Source of the DNA: an uncultured Chloroflexia bacterium
GTDB taxonomy: Bacteria; Chloroflexota; Limnocylindria; Limnocylindrales; CSP1-4
Assembly (NCBI GenBank): GCA_963752475.1
Contig: CAVVYR010000019.1
Coordinates: 128,001-192,000, forward strand
DNA length: 64,000 nt
Direction: 5' to 3'
The notes under the pieces are model-generated. The model made no database searches and was not told the origin of the DNA. It saw only the letters and a program-made list of their open reading frames with translations. The position numbers were made by a program, and so were the translations under genes. Positions within the stretch are counted from its first letter, which is position 1; the number at the start of each line of letters is the position of its first letter. This document shows positions 8,319 through 18,406 of this stretch, piece by piece.

Positions 8319-8885
8319 ATGCCCCAGATCCGACACCTCGCAGCCACGACCGCGATCGTGGTCACACTCCTCCTCGTGTTCACGTCGGTCGCGGTGGCCC
8401 ACCCAGGCAAGCACCGCCCACCGCGCGGATTCGACAACCTGTGGATCGGCACGGCCGCAGCTGACCCCTACACCGCGCCCGACCGCAGCCGCGACAAGAT
8501 CCTCGGCCGGGCCGGGAACGATGTCCTTACCGCGGGCGACAAGAGTGACCTCGTCAGGGGCAACCGTGGCAACGACGCCGTCGAGGGCGGTGAAGGCCGT
8601 GACCGCATCCACGGTGGCTTCGGCGCCGACCGACTCTCGGGTGGCGAGCACGCCGACCGCATCTTCGGCGGCCCCGGCGCTGACGGCATCAACGGCGGCC
8701 CCGGACCGGACCGTATCAGGGCTGGCTTCGGCAACGACACCATCGTGGCCGACGACGGCACGCGCGACTTCATCAGGTGCGGCCCCGGCAGGGACACCGT
8801 CACCGCCGATGCCCGCGACCGCATCGCGAGGGACTGCGAGAACGTGACCCGTGTCCGCACTGACGACGGGTACGACACCGAATAG
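8319..8885 (+). CDS. Small secreted RTX-type Ca2+-binding protein
   Basis: Signal peptide (AVAH), GGxGxD repeats, C-terminal CGPGRD...DCENV cap, SD GGAAGG. Confidence 0.88.
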   Translation: MPQIRHLAATTAIVVTLLLVFTSVAVAHPGKHRPPRGFDNLWIGTAAADPYTAPDRSRDKILGRAGNDVLTAGDKSDLVRGNRGNDAVEGGEGRDRIHGGFGADRLSGGEHADRIFGGPGADGINGGPGPDRIRAGFGNDTIVADDGTRDFIRCGPGRDTVTADARDRIARDCENVTRVRTDDGYDTE

Positions 8886-8906
8886 GCACTCCCACTTCTC
8901 CACGGC

Positions 8907-8940
8907 CGAAGAGCGTCGGGCACGGGCCCGGCGCTCTTCG
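8907..8940 (+). terminator. Hairpin after the RTX gene
   Basis: CGAAGAGCGTCGGGC...GCCCGGCGCTCTTCG. Confidence 0.7.
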
Positions 8941-9019
8941 ATTCCAGGTGCCGGGTGGATTCCAGGTGCCGGGTGAGTGAGCGCGCGCGTACGCGCGAAG
9001 CCGGCACCCTGGTCAATCC
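8940..9019. repeat. 18-bp tandem duplication plus inverted partial copy (REP-like)
   Basis: GATTCCAGGTGCCGGGTG twice, then CCGGCACCCTGG...AATCC at 9001-9019. Confidence 0.65.
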
Positions 9020-9164
9020 GCCATTCGTCCGATTCGTTGCGGCCCCGCAACGGCGCTGCGCGAATGGTGCGGTCAGGGGTGGTCGGGTAGTGGCTCGAGC
9101 CGCAGTCCCGGCGTATGCTGCGCACCTGCCGTCCCGGTCGTGTGGGACGAGAAGGATCGAGCCT

Positions 9165-11162
9165 ATGTCACTGCTAGAACGAGTAGAGGCAGCACGTAGA
9201 GGGGAAGCTGCCAAGACCCCCGGCACCGAGGGTGCCGGAGCGGTCGTGCCCGTCACGCCGCCGCCGACGACGCAGCAGCCCCAGGCGCAGGAGCCTGCCG
9301 TGCCGCGCGTTTCGCAGCGCGAGCAGAACTTCCGGGCCATCCGCATCCGCATCGAGGAAGCCGTCGCCGACACCCTTTCTCACCTCATCGATCTTTCGGA
9401 CCCGCAGGGCGTGCGCGCGAAGATGGCGCCGGAGATCGACAGCTTCGTTGCTGACTACATCATGGAGAACGATCTCAGCCTCACGCGCGACGAGCGCACG
9501 CGCCTGGTCCAGGGCGTCATCGACGAGGTCGCCGGGTTCGGGCCCATCGAGCCCTTCCTCGCGGACTCGACGGTCACCGAGGTCATGGTCAACGGCCCGT
9601 TCCAGGTCTACATCGAGCGGGCCGGCCGCATCGAGCGCACCAATGTCACCTTCCGTGACGACGAGCACGTGCACAACATCATCGACCGCATCATCACGCC
9701 GCTCGGCCGCCACATCGATGAGACCAGCCCTCGCGTCGACGCCCGCCTGCCGGACGGCTCGCGCGTCAACGCCATCATCAAGCCACTCAGCCTCATCGGC
9801 CCGGTCATCACCGTGCGCAAGTTCGCCACCCGGTTCACGGTCGAGCAGCTGATCGAGTTCGGCACGGCCTCGCCCGAGATGTTCGAGTTCCTCGATGCCT
9901 GCGTGAAGGCGCAGCTGAACATCTTCCTCAGCGGCGGTACCGGTTCGGGCAAGACCACGACCCTCAACGTGCTCTCCTCGTTCATCCCCGACGAGGATCG
10001 CATCGTCACCATCGAGGACGCAGCGGAGCTGCAGCTGAGCCAGCGGCACGTCATCACGCTCGAGGCTCGCCCGGCCAACCTCGAGGGCGAGGGCGAGATC
10101 ACCATCCGCGACCTCCTGCGCAATGCCCTGCACATGCGCCCCGACCGCATCGTCGTGGGCGAGTGTCGTGCCGGCGAGGCGCTCGACATGATCCAGGCCA
10201 TGACCACCGGCCATGACGGCTCGCTCTCCACCGGTCACGCCAACTCCCCTCCGGACATGCTGCGCCGCCTCGAGACGATGATCCTGATGACCGGATACGA
10301 GCTACCGATGCGCGCCATCCGCGAGCAGATCGCCAGCGCCGTCGACGTCATCGTCCACACCGCTCGTCTGCGCGACGGCTCGCGCAAGGTCGTCAGCATC
10401 ACCGAGGTCTACGGCGTCGAGGACGACGACATCCTGACTCAGGAGATCTTCAACTACGAGCAGACCGGCGTGGACCAGGAGGGCAACATCGAGGGCTATC
10501 TCAAGCCCACCGGCGTGCGGCCGAGCTTCATGCCCATGTTCAAGATGCGCGGTGTGGATCTGCCCGAGGGCGAGTACGGGATCCCGCCGGCCGACCCCAA
10601 CCAGCCGGCGCGAAGCGGCAAGGCTCGCTGGGGCATCGCCGGCGTGACCGAGGCACGTACGCAGTCCGCTGCGGAGGCCGGCCAGGGGCGTGCGTTCGAT
10701 GCCGGCGGCATGGTCTACGTCTCGGGTGTCGGCCCGGTCAAGCCAGAGACGGGCGAGGTCGCGAGCGGCGACCTCAAGCTCCAGACGCGCCAGTGCATGG
10801 AGAACCTCAAGGCCACGCTCGAGGAGCATGGCAGCTCCATGGAGGACATCGTCTGGGCCAACTGGGCGCTGCGCAACAGCTCCGAGTTCGATCAGTTCTA
10901 CGAGGAGTGGCTGCGCGCGTTCCCGAACGAGGCGCCGGTCGGCCAGGGCACGCTGATGCCGTTGTCGCAGCGACGTGCCGGGTTCCGCATCTCCATCGGG
11001 GTCATCGCCGCGACCCAGGTCGCTCAGCAGCCAGCGGCCGCCGAAGCCGCGCGTATCCCCGCGGTCATCTCGGTCCAGCGGGCCGGCGAGGCAGCCGTGC
11101 CGGCGCCACCCGAGCAGCCGCCCGCCGGCGTAGCCTCCGAGACGGACCCTCCCAAGAGCTAG
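9165..11162 (+). CDS. cpaF: CpaF/TadA pilus-assembly ATPase fused to a C-terminal Rid (YjgF-like) domain
   Basis: GGTGSGKTT Walker A, TIEDAAELQL, MRPDRIVVGE, MTTGHDGS. The C-terminal VYVSG...QTRQCMENLKATLEEHGSSMEDIV segment is Rid-like. Confidence 0.85.
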   Translation: MSLLERVEAARRGEAAKTPGTEGAGAVVPVTPPPTTQQPQAQEPAVPRVSQREQNFRAIRIRIEEAVADTLSHLIDLSDPQGVRAKMAPEIDSFVADYIMENDLSLTRDERTRLVQGVIDEVAGFGPIEPFLADSTVTEVMVNGPFQVYIERAGRIERTNVTFRDDEHVHNIIDRIITPLGRHIDETSPRVDARLPDGSRVNAIIKPLSLIGPVITVRKFATRFTVEQLIEFGTASPEMFEFLDACVKAQLNIFLSGGTGSGKTTTLNVLSSFIPDEDRIVTIEDAAELQLSQRHVITLEARPANLEGEGEITIRDLLRNALHMRPDRIVVGECRAGEALDMIQAMTTGHDGSLSTGHANSPPDMLRRLETMILMTGYELPMRAIREQIASAVDVIVHTARLRDGSRKVVSITEVYGVEDDDILTQEIFNYEQTGVDQEGNIEGYLKPTGVRPSFMPMFKMRGVDLPEGEYGIPPADPNQPARSGKARWGIAGVTEARTQSAAEAGQGRAFDAGGMVYVSGVGPVKPETGEVASGDLKLQTRQCMENLKATLEEHGSSMEDIVWANWALRNSSEFDQFYEEWLRAFPNEAPVGQGTLMPLSQRRAGFRISIGVIAATQVAQQPAAAEAARIPAVISVQRAGEAAVPAPPEQPPAGVASETDPPKS

Positions 11163-11210
11163 GCTGCGCTCGGCACTCGTTGCGCCAGGCGATCAGGCCG
11201 GAGCCAGGCG

Positions 11211-11444
11211 TTGTAGCCATGCGTTGTAGCCATGCGTCGCCTGAGCCGACGCTCTGGGAGGCGACCGACCCGTCTTGTGGTCATGCGTCGCCTGAGCCGA
11301 CCTTGCGAGAGCCGATCGATCGGCCTTGTAGCCGGGCGTCGCCCGAGTCGACCCTATGCGGCGTGCTCGCCTCGGCTTGTAGCCACACGTCGCCTGAGAC
11401 GACCGTAGTCCAGGAGGCACGGACGCATAGTTGGACTACGGTCG
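11211..11444. repeat. Four 51-bp period repeats (27-bp core, 24-bp variable part) followed by a 13-bp hairpin
   Basis: TTGTAGCCATGCGTCGCCTGAGCCGAC-like cores at 11224, 11275, 11326 and 11377. CGACCGTAGTCCA/TGGACTACGGTCG at 11400-11444. Confidence 0.85.
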
Positions 11445-11610
11445 CTTGGGCGGACATCCGTCCATGATCGGGCGCACCAGTGTCCAGATCACGCGTACGA
11501 GCTGGCTCGTGAACCGCGGATCGGGGTCCCTCGCCCGAGTCGGTTGACTACAAGCGCCCGTTGCGTCGGTGGGAGCGACATCCGACCATCGTGCCGTCCA
11601 GCCGAGGGGC

Positions 11611-11640
11611 CGCTGGTCGCCGCTGGTCGCCGCTGGTCGC
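11611..11640. repeat. 10-bp tandem repeat x3
   Basis: CGCTGGTCGC three times. Confidence 0.8.
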
Positions 11641-11726
11641 CGCGACTCTGAGCCGCGACTCCGAACGGTGTAGGTTTGGCGCCCGGCGTGCGCGCGCACG
11701 ACCGGCAGAGGAGGTGGAGTGAACCC

Positions 11727-14093
11727 ATGACCGGCATCGACCCCAACAAGCTCTTCATCGGGCACAAGCTCGACGCCGATGGGCCGCTCACGGTCGATCC
11801 GGCCGACCTCACCACCCACGGCGTCATCGTGGGCATGACCGGCAGCGGCAAGACCGGCCTCGGCATCGACCTGCTCGAGGATGCGTTGCTGCGAGGGATC
11901 CCCTGTCTCGTCATCGACCCCAAGGGCGACATGGGCAACCTGCTGCTGACGTTCCCGGAGCTGCGCCCCGCCGACTTTCGGCCCTGGATCGAAGAGGCCG
12001 CCGCGGCTCGTGAGGGCATCACGCCCGACGCACTGGCGGCCAAGACGGCCCAGACCTGGCGCGACGGTCTCGCCCGCTCTGGCATCGAGCCGGAGCGCAT
12101 CGGCCGCCTCCGCCAGACCGCCGGCTTGACCATCTATACGCCCGGTTCCAGTGCCGGCGTGCCGCTCAACCTCATCGGCTCGCTCAGGGCTCCCGACTCG
12201 GCCGACGACATCGAGATCCTGCGAGACGAGGTCGAGGGCTTCACCTCTGGCCTGCTCGGGCTTGTCGGGGTCGACGCCGACCCACTTGCAGATCCTGCAC
12301 ACATCCTCATCGCCAACCTCGTCGAGCGCAGCTGGTCCGCTGGAGAGGACCTCGACCTGGCCACGTTGCTGGGTCAGATCCAGGACCCGCCGATGCGCAA
12401 GCTGGGTGTGCTTGACCTCGACGCCTTCTACCCACCCAAGGACCGTGCCGCACTGGCGCTGAAGCTCAACGGCTTGCTGGCCTCGCCGGCGTTCGCCTCC
12501 TGGAACCAGGGCCGGGCATCGGACATCGAGTCGATGCTCATGGCCGACGGCCGGCCGCAGGCCGCCATCGTCTCGGTCTCCCACCTGTCCGAGGCCGAGC
12601 GCATGTTCGTGGTCACGATGATCCTCTCGAAGATGGTCACCTGGACGCGGCGCCAGTCGGGCACCGGCGAGCTGCGCGCGCTCATCTACATGGACGAGGT
12701 CTTCGGCTATGTGCCGCCGACCGCCGCGCCGCCGGCCAAGAAGCCCATCCTGACCATCCTCAAGCAGGCTCGCGCGCATGGTGTGGGCATGGTCCTCTCG
12801 ACCCAGAACCCGGTCGATCTCGACTACAAGGCTCTCAGCAACGCCGGCACCTGGATGATCGGTCGGCTGCAGACCGAGCGCGACAAGGCCCGCCTGCTCG
12901 ACGGCATGACTTCCGCTGCCGGTGAGGTCGACCACGGCGCCATCGACGACACCATCTCAGCGCTCGACAAGCGCGAGTTCCTCTTCCACAGCACCCGGGC
13001 AGATGCTCCCGAGCGGTTCGGCACGCGCTGGGCCATGTCGTACCTGGCAGGCCCGCTGACGCGTGACCAGATCAAGTCCCTCACCGGCGACCTGGCCAGC
13101 GAGCCGGCCGAGCGCGATGCGCCGGGCACGTCCACGGAGTCCGCTCCGGAGCCCGAGTTGGCTGAGGACGAGACCAGCGTGGCCCCGGATGTGGCCGACG
13201 ACATCGACGTCTACTACCTCGACGCCGCGACACCGTGGGCCGCCGAGGTCGGCGCCGTGCCCGGCGGCACGCGACTCTCGCCGGCGCTGGTGACGCGCGT
13301 GCAGTTGCTCTTCGACGACACCAAGGCCGACCTGCGCGAGTCGGTCGAGTGGGAGGCCCTCGTGCCGGTGAGCGCCCGCGATGTCGACTGGTCAGAGGCT
13401 ATCGACGTCGACTACGACACCCGCGACCTGCGTCGCGACTCGCCCGATGGTGCCGCCTACGTCCTGACCGATGCGCCCATCGCCAACAAGACGTTCTTCC
13501 GCTCGGCCACGGCCGACCTCAAGAACCACCTGCATCGCAGTCAGACCGTGACGCTCCAGGCCAACCGCGAGCTGAAGCTGTACTCGCGCATCGAGGAGAC
13601 CGAGGCTGCGTTCGCCGAGCGCTGCCGCGGGGCCGCCGACGAGGCCAAGGACGAAGAGGTGGCCAGGATCCGCGACCGGCTCACAGCCAGGATGGACAAG
13701 CTCCACGTGGCCATCGCCAAGTACGAGGATCGCATCGAAGAGCTGGAGGCCGACACCCGCAACCGACGCAATCAGGACCTCATCTCCATCGGCAGCTCCG
13801 TGCTCGGAAGCATCCTCGGCGGGCGGGCCAGCACCACCACCATCGCTCGCTCCGCTGGCCGCGCCGCGACGCGCGGCCAATCCTCGGCCCAGCGCATCCG
13901 CACCATCGAGAACCGCATCGATGAGAAGAACGTCGACCTGGCCGATCTGGAGGACGATCTGCGCGAGGCCATCGCCGAGATCGAGGAGGAGTGGAACGAG
14001 AAGGCAGGGGCCATCGAGCCCCTCGAGATCAGCCTCGAGAAGAACGACATCAGCGTCGACGAAGTGGGCCTGCTGTGGCTGCCGATCGGCTGA
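11727..14093 (+). CDS. HerA/FtsK-like ATPase (DUF87/DUF853-type) with C-terminal coiled coil
   Basis: THGVIVGMTGSGKT Walker A, VIDPKGD, LIYMDEVFG Walker B, LSTQNPVD. Confidence 0.85.
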   Translation: MTGIDPNKLFIGHKLDADGPLTVDPADLTTHGVIVGMTGSGKTGLGIDLLEDALLRGIPCLVIDPKGDMGNLLLTFPELRPADFRPWIEEAAAAREGITPDALAAKTAQTWRDGLARSGIEPERIGRLRQTAGLTIYTPGSSAGVPLNLIGSLRAPDSADDIEILRDEVEGFTSGLLGLVGVDADPLADPAHILIANLVERSWSAGEDLDLATLLGQIQDPPMRKLGVLDLDAFYPPKDRAALALKLNGLLASPAFASWNQGRASDIESMLMADGRPQAAIVSVSHLSEAERMFVVTMILSKMVTWTRRQSGTGELRALIYMDEVFGYVPPTAAPPAKKPILTILKQARAHGVGMVLSTQNPVDLDYKALSNAGTWMIGRLQTERDKARLLDGMTSAAGEVDHGAIDDTISALDKREFLFHSTRADAPERFGTRWAMSYLAGPLTRDQIKSLTGDLASEPAERDAPGTSTESAPEPELAEDETSVAPDVADDIDVYYLDAATPWAAEVGAVPGGTRLSPALVTRVQLLFDDTKADLRESVEWEALVPVSARDVDWSEAIDVDYDTRDLRRDSPDGAAYVLTDAPIANKTFFRSATADLKNHLHRSQTVTLQANRELKLYSRIEETEAAFAERCRGAADEAKDEEVARIRDRLTARMDKLHVAIAKYEDRIEELEADTRNRRNQDLISIGSSVLGSILGGRASTTTIARSAGRAATRGQSSAQRIRTIENRIDEKNVDLADLEDDLREAIAEIEEEWNEKAGAIEPLEISLEKNDISVDEVGLLWLPIG

Positions 14094-14174
14094 CCGACAG
14101 GTGTCTCGCGGCTGCCAGGGACGCTGTTTAGGGCCACTGGTCCCGCCCTCGCAGGTATAACGGGAGGCACGATT

Positions 14175-14220
14175 GGTAGCGTTACCTGTATAGTGCCGCT
14201 ACAGCCTGCACACGATTGTT
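14175..14220 (+). promoter_or_regulatory. Sugar ABC promoter with LacI-family-type sites
   Basis: GGTAGCGTTACC near-palindrome, TATAGT -10 at 14189, TGCACACGATTGTT resembling the ara operator. Confidence 0.55.
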
Positions 14221-14271
14221 CCGGCGGAATGGAAGCCGGACAGCAGAGCTGGGAGGAATCGAAGGAGGACC

Positions 14272-15255
14272 ATGAAGACACGTGCAATCGCACTGACCGG
14301 AGCGATCGCTCTGACCGCGGCCATGGCGGCCCCGGCTGTTGCCCAGGACGAGATGGCCGGCCCCGAGGCGTTCACGCCCGAGGATGAGATCTACGTCCCT
14401 ATCGTCTCGAAGGGGTTCCAGCACCAGTTCTGGCAGGCCGTGAGCCTCGGCGCCGAGGAGAAGGCTGCTGAACTCAACATGGAGGTCAACTTCGACGGCC
14501 CCCCCACCGAGTCTGACGTCACAGATCCAGGTGGACATGCTCGAGGCCGAGTACCAGAAGAACCCGGACGCGGTCTGCTTCGCCGCGCTCGACAGCCAGG
14601 CTGCGCTGCCGACGCTCGAGAAGCTCCAGGCTGACGACATCCCCGTCATCGCGTTCGACTCCGGCGTCGAGGGTGACATTCCGATCACCACCGCCGCGAC
14701 CGACAACGTCGCTGCTGCCGCGCTCGCGGCCGACAAGATGGCCGAGGCCATCGGTGGGGCCGGCAAGGTCGGCGTCATCGTGCACGACTCGACCAGCCGT
14801 ACCGGCATCGACCGCCGCGATGGCTTCCTGAACCGCGTGGCTGAGGCCTACCCGGACATCGAGATCATCGGTCCCGACTTCGGCGCCGGCGAGCACCAGA
14901 AGTCGACCGACATCGCACTGGGCATGCTCGACGGCCAACCCGGACATGGCGGGCTTCTTCGGCGCCAACGAGGGCTCCGCGATCGGCGTCATCAACGCCG
15001 TCGAGCAGCTTGGCCTCGAGGACCTCGTCGTCATCGGCTATGACTCGGGCCAGTTCCAGATCGATGCCATCAACAGACGGCCTCATGTACGGCGCGGTCC
15101 AGCAGAACCCGGTCGGCATCGGCGCCAAGTGCGTCGAGGCGGCCGCGATGGCGCTCCAGGGCATGGAAGTGCCCGAGATGCTCGACACCGGCTTCCTGTG
15201 GGCCGATGCCGAGACCATCGACGACCCCGAGGTCGTGGCGGTCCTCTACAACTAG
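14272..15255 (+). CDS. Sugar ABC transporter substrate-binding protein (frameshifted in this sequence)
   Basis: Signal peptide and [40 protein letters not shown] motifs spread over several reading frames. Confidence 0.85.
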
Positions 15256-15337
15256 ACCCCACCCGAACCAGGAGACCGACGGGGCTGCCGCGGTTCCAAG
15301 CGGCGGCCCCGTTCGTCCATCCCGAGCGAGGACAAGG

Positions 15338-16877
15338 ATGTCAGCTGACCTGCTCATCCGGATGCAGGGCATCGACAAGGCGTTCCCCGGCGTGCAAGCG
15401 CTGAAGGACGCCCGCTTCGAGCTCCGTCCCGGTGAGGTGCACGCGCTCGTCGGTGAGAACGGCGCCGGCAAGTCGACGCTGATGAAGGTCCTCACCGGCG
15501 TCTACCAAAGAGACGCAGGCACCATCGAGGTCGGGGGCCAGCAGGTAGAGGTTCCCAACCCACGCGCCGGCCGGGACCTCGGCATCGGCATGATCCATCA
15601 GGAGCTGGTGCTGGCCAACCACCTCACGGTGGCGCAGAACATCTACCTGGGCCGCGAGCCCCGCGGACGCCTCGGGCTTCACGCTCGACGACAAGGCGCA
15701 GGTCCGCCAGACCGAGGAGCTCATCAAGACGGCTCGGCCTGAAGCTCGACCCCACCGTCAAGTGTGGCGAGCTCAAGGTCGCACAGCAGCAGATGGTGGA
15801 GATCGCGAAGGCCCTTTCGCTCGATGCCTCCGTGCTCATCATGGACGAGCCCACCGCGGCCCTGACAGATACCGAGATCGAGGAGCTCTTTGGCATCATC
15901 CGCTCGCTGCGCGAGCAAGGGAAGGGCATCGTCCACATCAGCCACCGGCTCGAGGAGCTGCGCGCAGATCTCCGACCGCGTCACGGTCATGCGCGACGGC
16001 CAGCACGTCAACACCGTCATCACCGCGGACACCTCGGTCGACGACATCATCTCCATGATGGTGGGGCGCACGATCTACGAAGAGGCACCCATCGTGCCCG
16101 AAGACGCGGATCAGCAGCCGTACGTGTTGGAGGTCAAGGGCCTCTCGCGCGGACGCGCAGTGCGGGACGTCTCCTTCGGCTTGCGCAGGGGCGAGATCCT
16201 CGGCGTGGCTGGCCTCGTCGGCGCCGGTCGCACCGAGCTGGCCATGCTCATCTTCGGGGCTGACGCGCGGAGTCCGGCGAGATCATCGTGAAGGGCGAAC
16301 CGGTCGATCACCAGTCCGGCCCAGGCCGTGCAACTGGGCATCGCCTATCTCTCGGAGGACCGCAAACGCTACGGCTTGACCCTGGGGCTGGACTTGGAGA
16401 CCAACATCTCCCTGGCCTCGTTCAACAAGTTCCTCAAGTCACTCGGCCGCGTCGATACGTCACAAGACAAAGGCCGCCGCTGAGCAGCGCGTCGAGGAAC
16501 TCGACATCAAGACGCCGGGCATCAGCCAGAAGGCCCGCAACCTCTCCGGCGGCAACCAGCAGAAGGTCGTCATCGCCAAGTGGCTGACCGCGGAGATGGA
16601 CGTCCTCATCTTCGATGAGCCTACGCGGGGCATCGACGTGGGTGCCAAGCAGGAGATCTACCACCTGCTCAACGAGCTGGCCGCCGAAGGCAAGTCGATC
16701 ATCATGATCAGCTCGGAGCTGCCGGAGATCCTGCGCATGAGTCACCGCATCATCGTCATGTGCGAGGGCCGACTGACCGGGGAGCTGACCGCCGACGAGG
16801 CGGACCAGGAGAGGATCATGACACTCGCCACGCAGCGCGAATCGATCGCCGAACTCAAGGACTTGTCGAGGGTATAG
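15338..16877 (+). CDS. Sugar ABC ATP-binding protein, RbsA-type (frameshifted)
   Basis: [35 protein letters not shown] across fragments. Confidence 0.85.
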
Positions 16878-17883
16878 ATGCAGCGCTCAGTGAAATCAGC
16901 CGGCAATCCATCCTCAGGTCGGATGCCGTCCAGCGCGTCCTCGCGCTCGGTGCGCTCGTCATCATCGCCGTCTTCTTCACGCTCGCGTCGCCGTTCTTCC
17001 TGACCACCAACAACGTCATCAACATCGTGCTGGCGACGTCGGTCGTGGGCATCCTCGCCATCGGCGTGACGTTCTCGATCATCACCGCGGGCATCGACCT
17101 CTCGGTCGGCACCAACCTGACGTTCTCGGCGGTGATCACCGGCATCGTCATCACCAACGCCGGCCTGCCGGTGCCCGTGGGCATCGTCTTCGGCGTCCTT
17201 GCCGGCGGTACGGTCTGGCCTCATCAACGGCACGCTCATCGCTCGCTTGGGACTGCCGCCGTTCATCGCCACCCTGGGCATGCTCAACATCGCGCGAGGC
17301 CTGGCGCTGGTCCTCTCCGACGTTCGCCCGGTCTACTTCCCGAACAATCCCGAGTTTGCCGAGTTCTTCGTGGCTCCATCATGGACTCGGTGACGCCCGG
17401 TTTCGACCTCCCGTTGCCCAACATCGCACTCGTCTTCTTCGGCTCTGCCATCCTGGCCTGGCTTCATCCTCTCCAAGACTATGCTCGGTCGCTACATCTT
17501 CGCCATCGGCAGCAACGAGGAAGCCACCCGCCTGTCCGGTGTGCGGGCGATGCGCTACAAGGCCTCGGCCTATATGCATCAGCGGACTCTTCGCCGGTCT
17601 GGCCGGCGTGATGCTCGCCGCGCGACTCAACTCGGGCCAGCCTGCCGACGGGCTTCGGCATAGAGCTCGAAGCCATCGCCGCAGCAGTCATCGGCGGCAC
17701 CTCTCTGAGCCGGCGGTGAGGGCACCATCTCGGCACCATCATCGGCGCCTTCATCATCAGCGTGCTGACCAACGGTTTGCGCCTGATGTCGGTATCCCTC
17801 AGGAGTGGCAGATCACCATCACCGGCGTCATCGTCATCGTCGCGGTCTACCTCGACATCCTGAGACGGCGCCAGAACGCGTGA
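16878..17883 (+). CDS. Sugar ABC permease (frameshifted)
   Basis: [30 protein letters not shown] fragments. Confidence 0.82.
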
Positions 17884-17925
17884 CCGCGGCGCGGCAGGAC
17901 CGCGCATGGCACTCGACCCACGACC

Positions 17926-17958
17926 GAACCGCCCTCTGTCTGCCACAGGGGGCGGTTC
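17926..17958. terminator. Hairpin terminator
   Basis: GAACCGCCCTCTGT...ACAGGGGGCGGTTC. Confidence 0.7.
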
Positions 17959-18029
17959 CCGTTCTGCTTCGCGCGACGCCTGCGGTTGGCGGAACGCCTT
18001 CAGGTCAGACGGCGCTGGCGCCGTGCGGG

Positions 18030-18344
18030 TCAGCGCAGCTTGACGGCCGTCCCGAAGGCGAGGATCTCGCTGACGCCGCTGGCGATCATCGACGTCGTGT
18101 AGCGGACGGCCACGATAGCGTCCGCACCCGCCGCTTCCGCGTTCTCGATCATCCGCTCGGTGGCCTCGTCACGCGTCTCGGTCATGAGGTTCGAGTACTC
18201 CGGCACCGCGCCGCCGAAGAGGTTGCGGAAGCCAGCCGTGATGTCGTAGCCCAGCCCACGAGCGCGGGCGGCGTTGCCGCGCACGATGCCGATGGTCTCG
18301 ACGATCTCACGGCCCTCGATGCGATCGGAGGTGGACAGGATCAT
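18030..18344 (-). CDS. YbjQ/UPF0145 family protein
   Basis: GIVRG...GG.VPEYS...RDEATERM...GADAIVAVRY...ILAFGTAV. Confidence 0.9.
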   Translation of the reverse strand: MILSTSDRIEGREIVETIGIVRGNAARARGLGYDITAGFRNLFGGAVPEYSNLMTETRDEATERMIENAEAAGADAIVAVRYTTSMIASGVSEILAFGTAVKLR

Positions 18345-18406
18345 CGGCTTTCCTCTCTGTGTCGTTCCAGCACCCGGCGTCCCTGCCGCTCGGCTAGGGT
18401 CGGGCG

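Noticed and set aside
4444-8885. RTX toxins with type I secretion
   Set aside because: The proteins have N-terminal signal peptides or TM anchors and no toxin domain; no T1SS genes are present.
11224-11403. Canonical CRISPR array
   Set aside because: Repeats differ at several positions, spacers are only 24 bp and partly similar to each other, and there is no AT-rich leader or cas gene in the window. Kept as an unexplained array.
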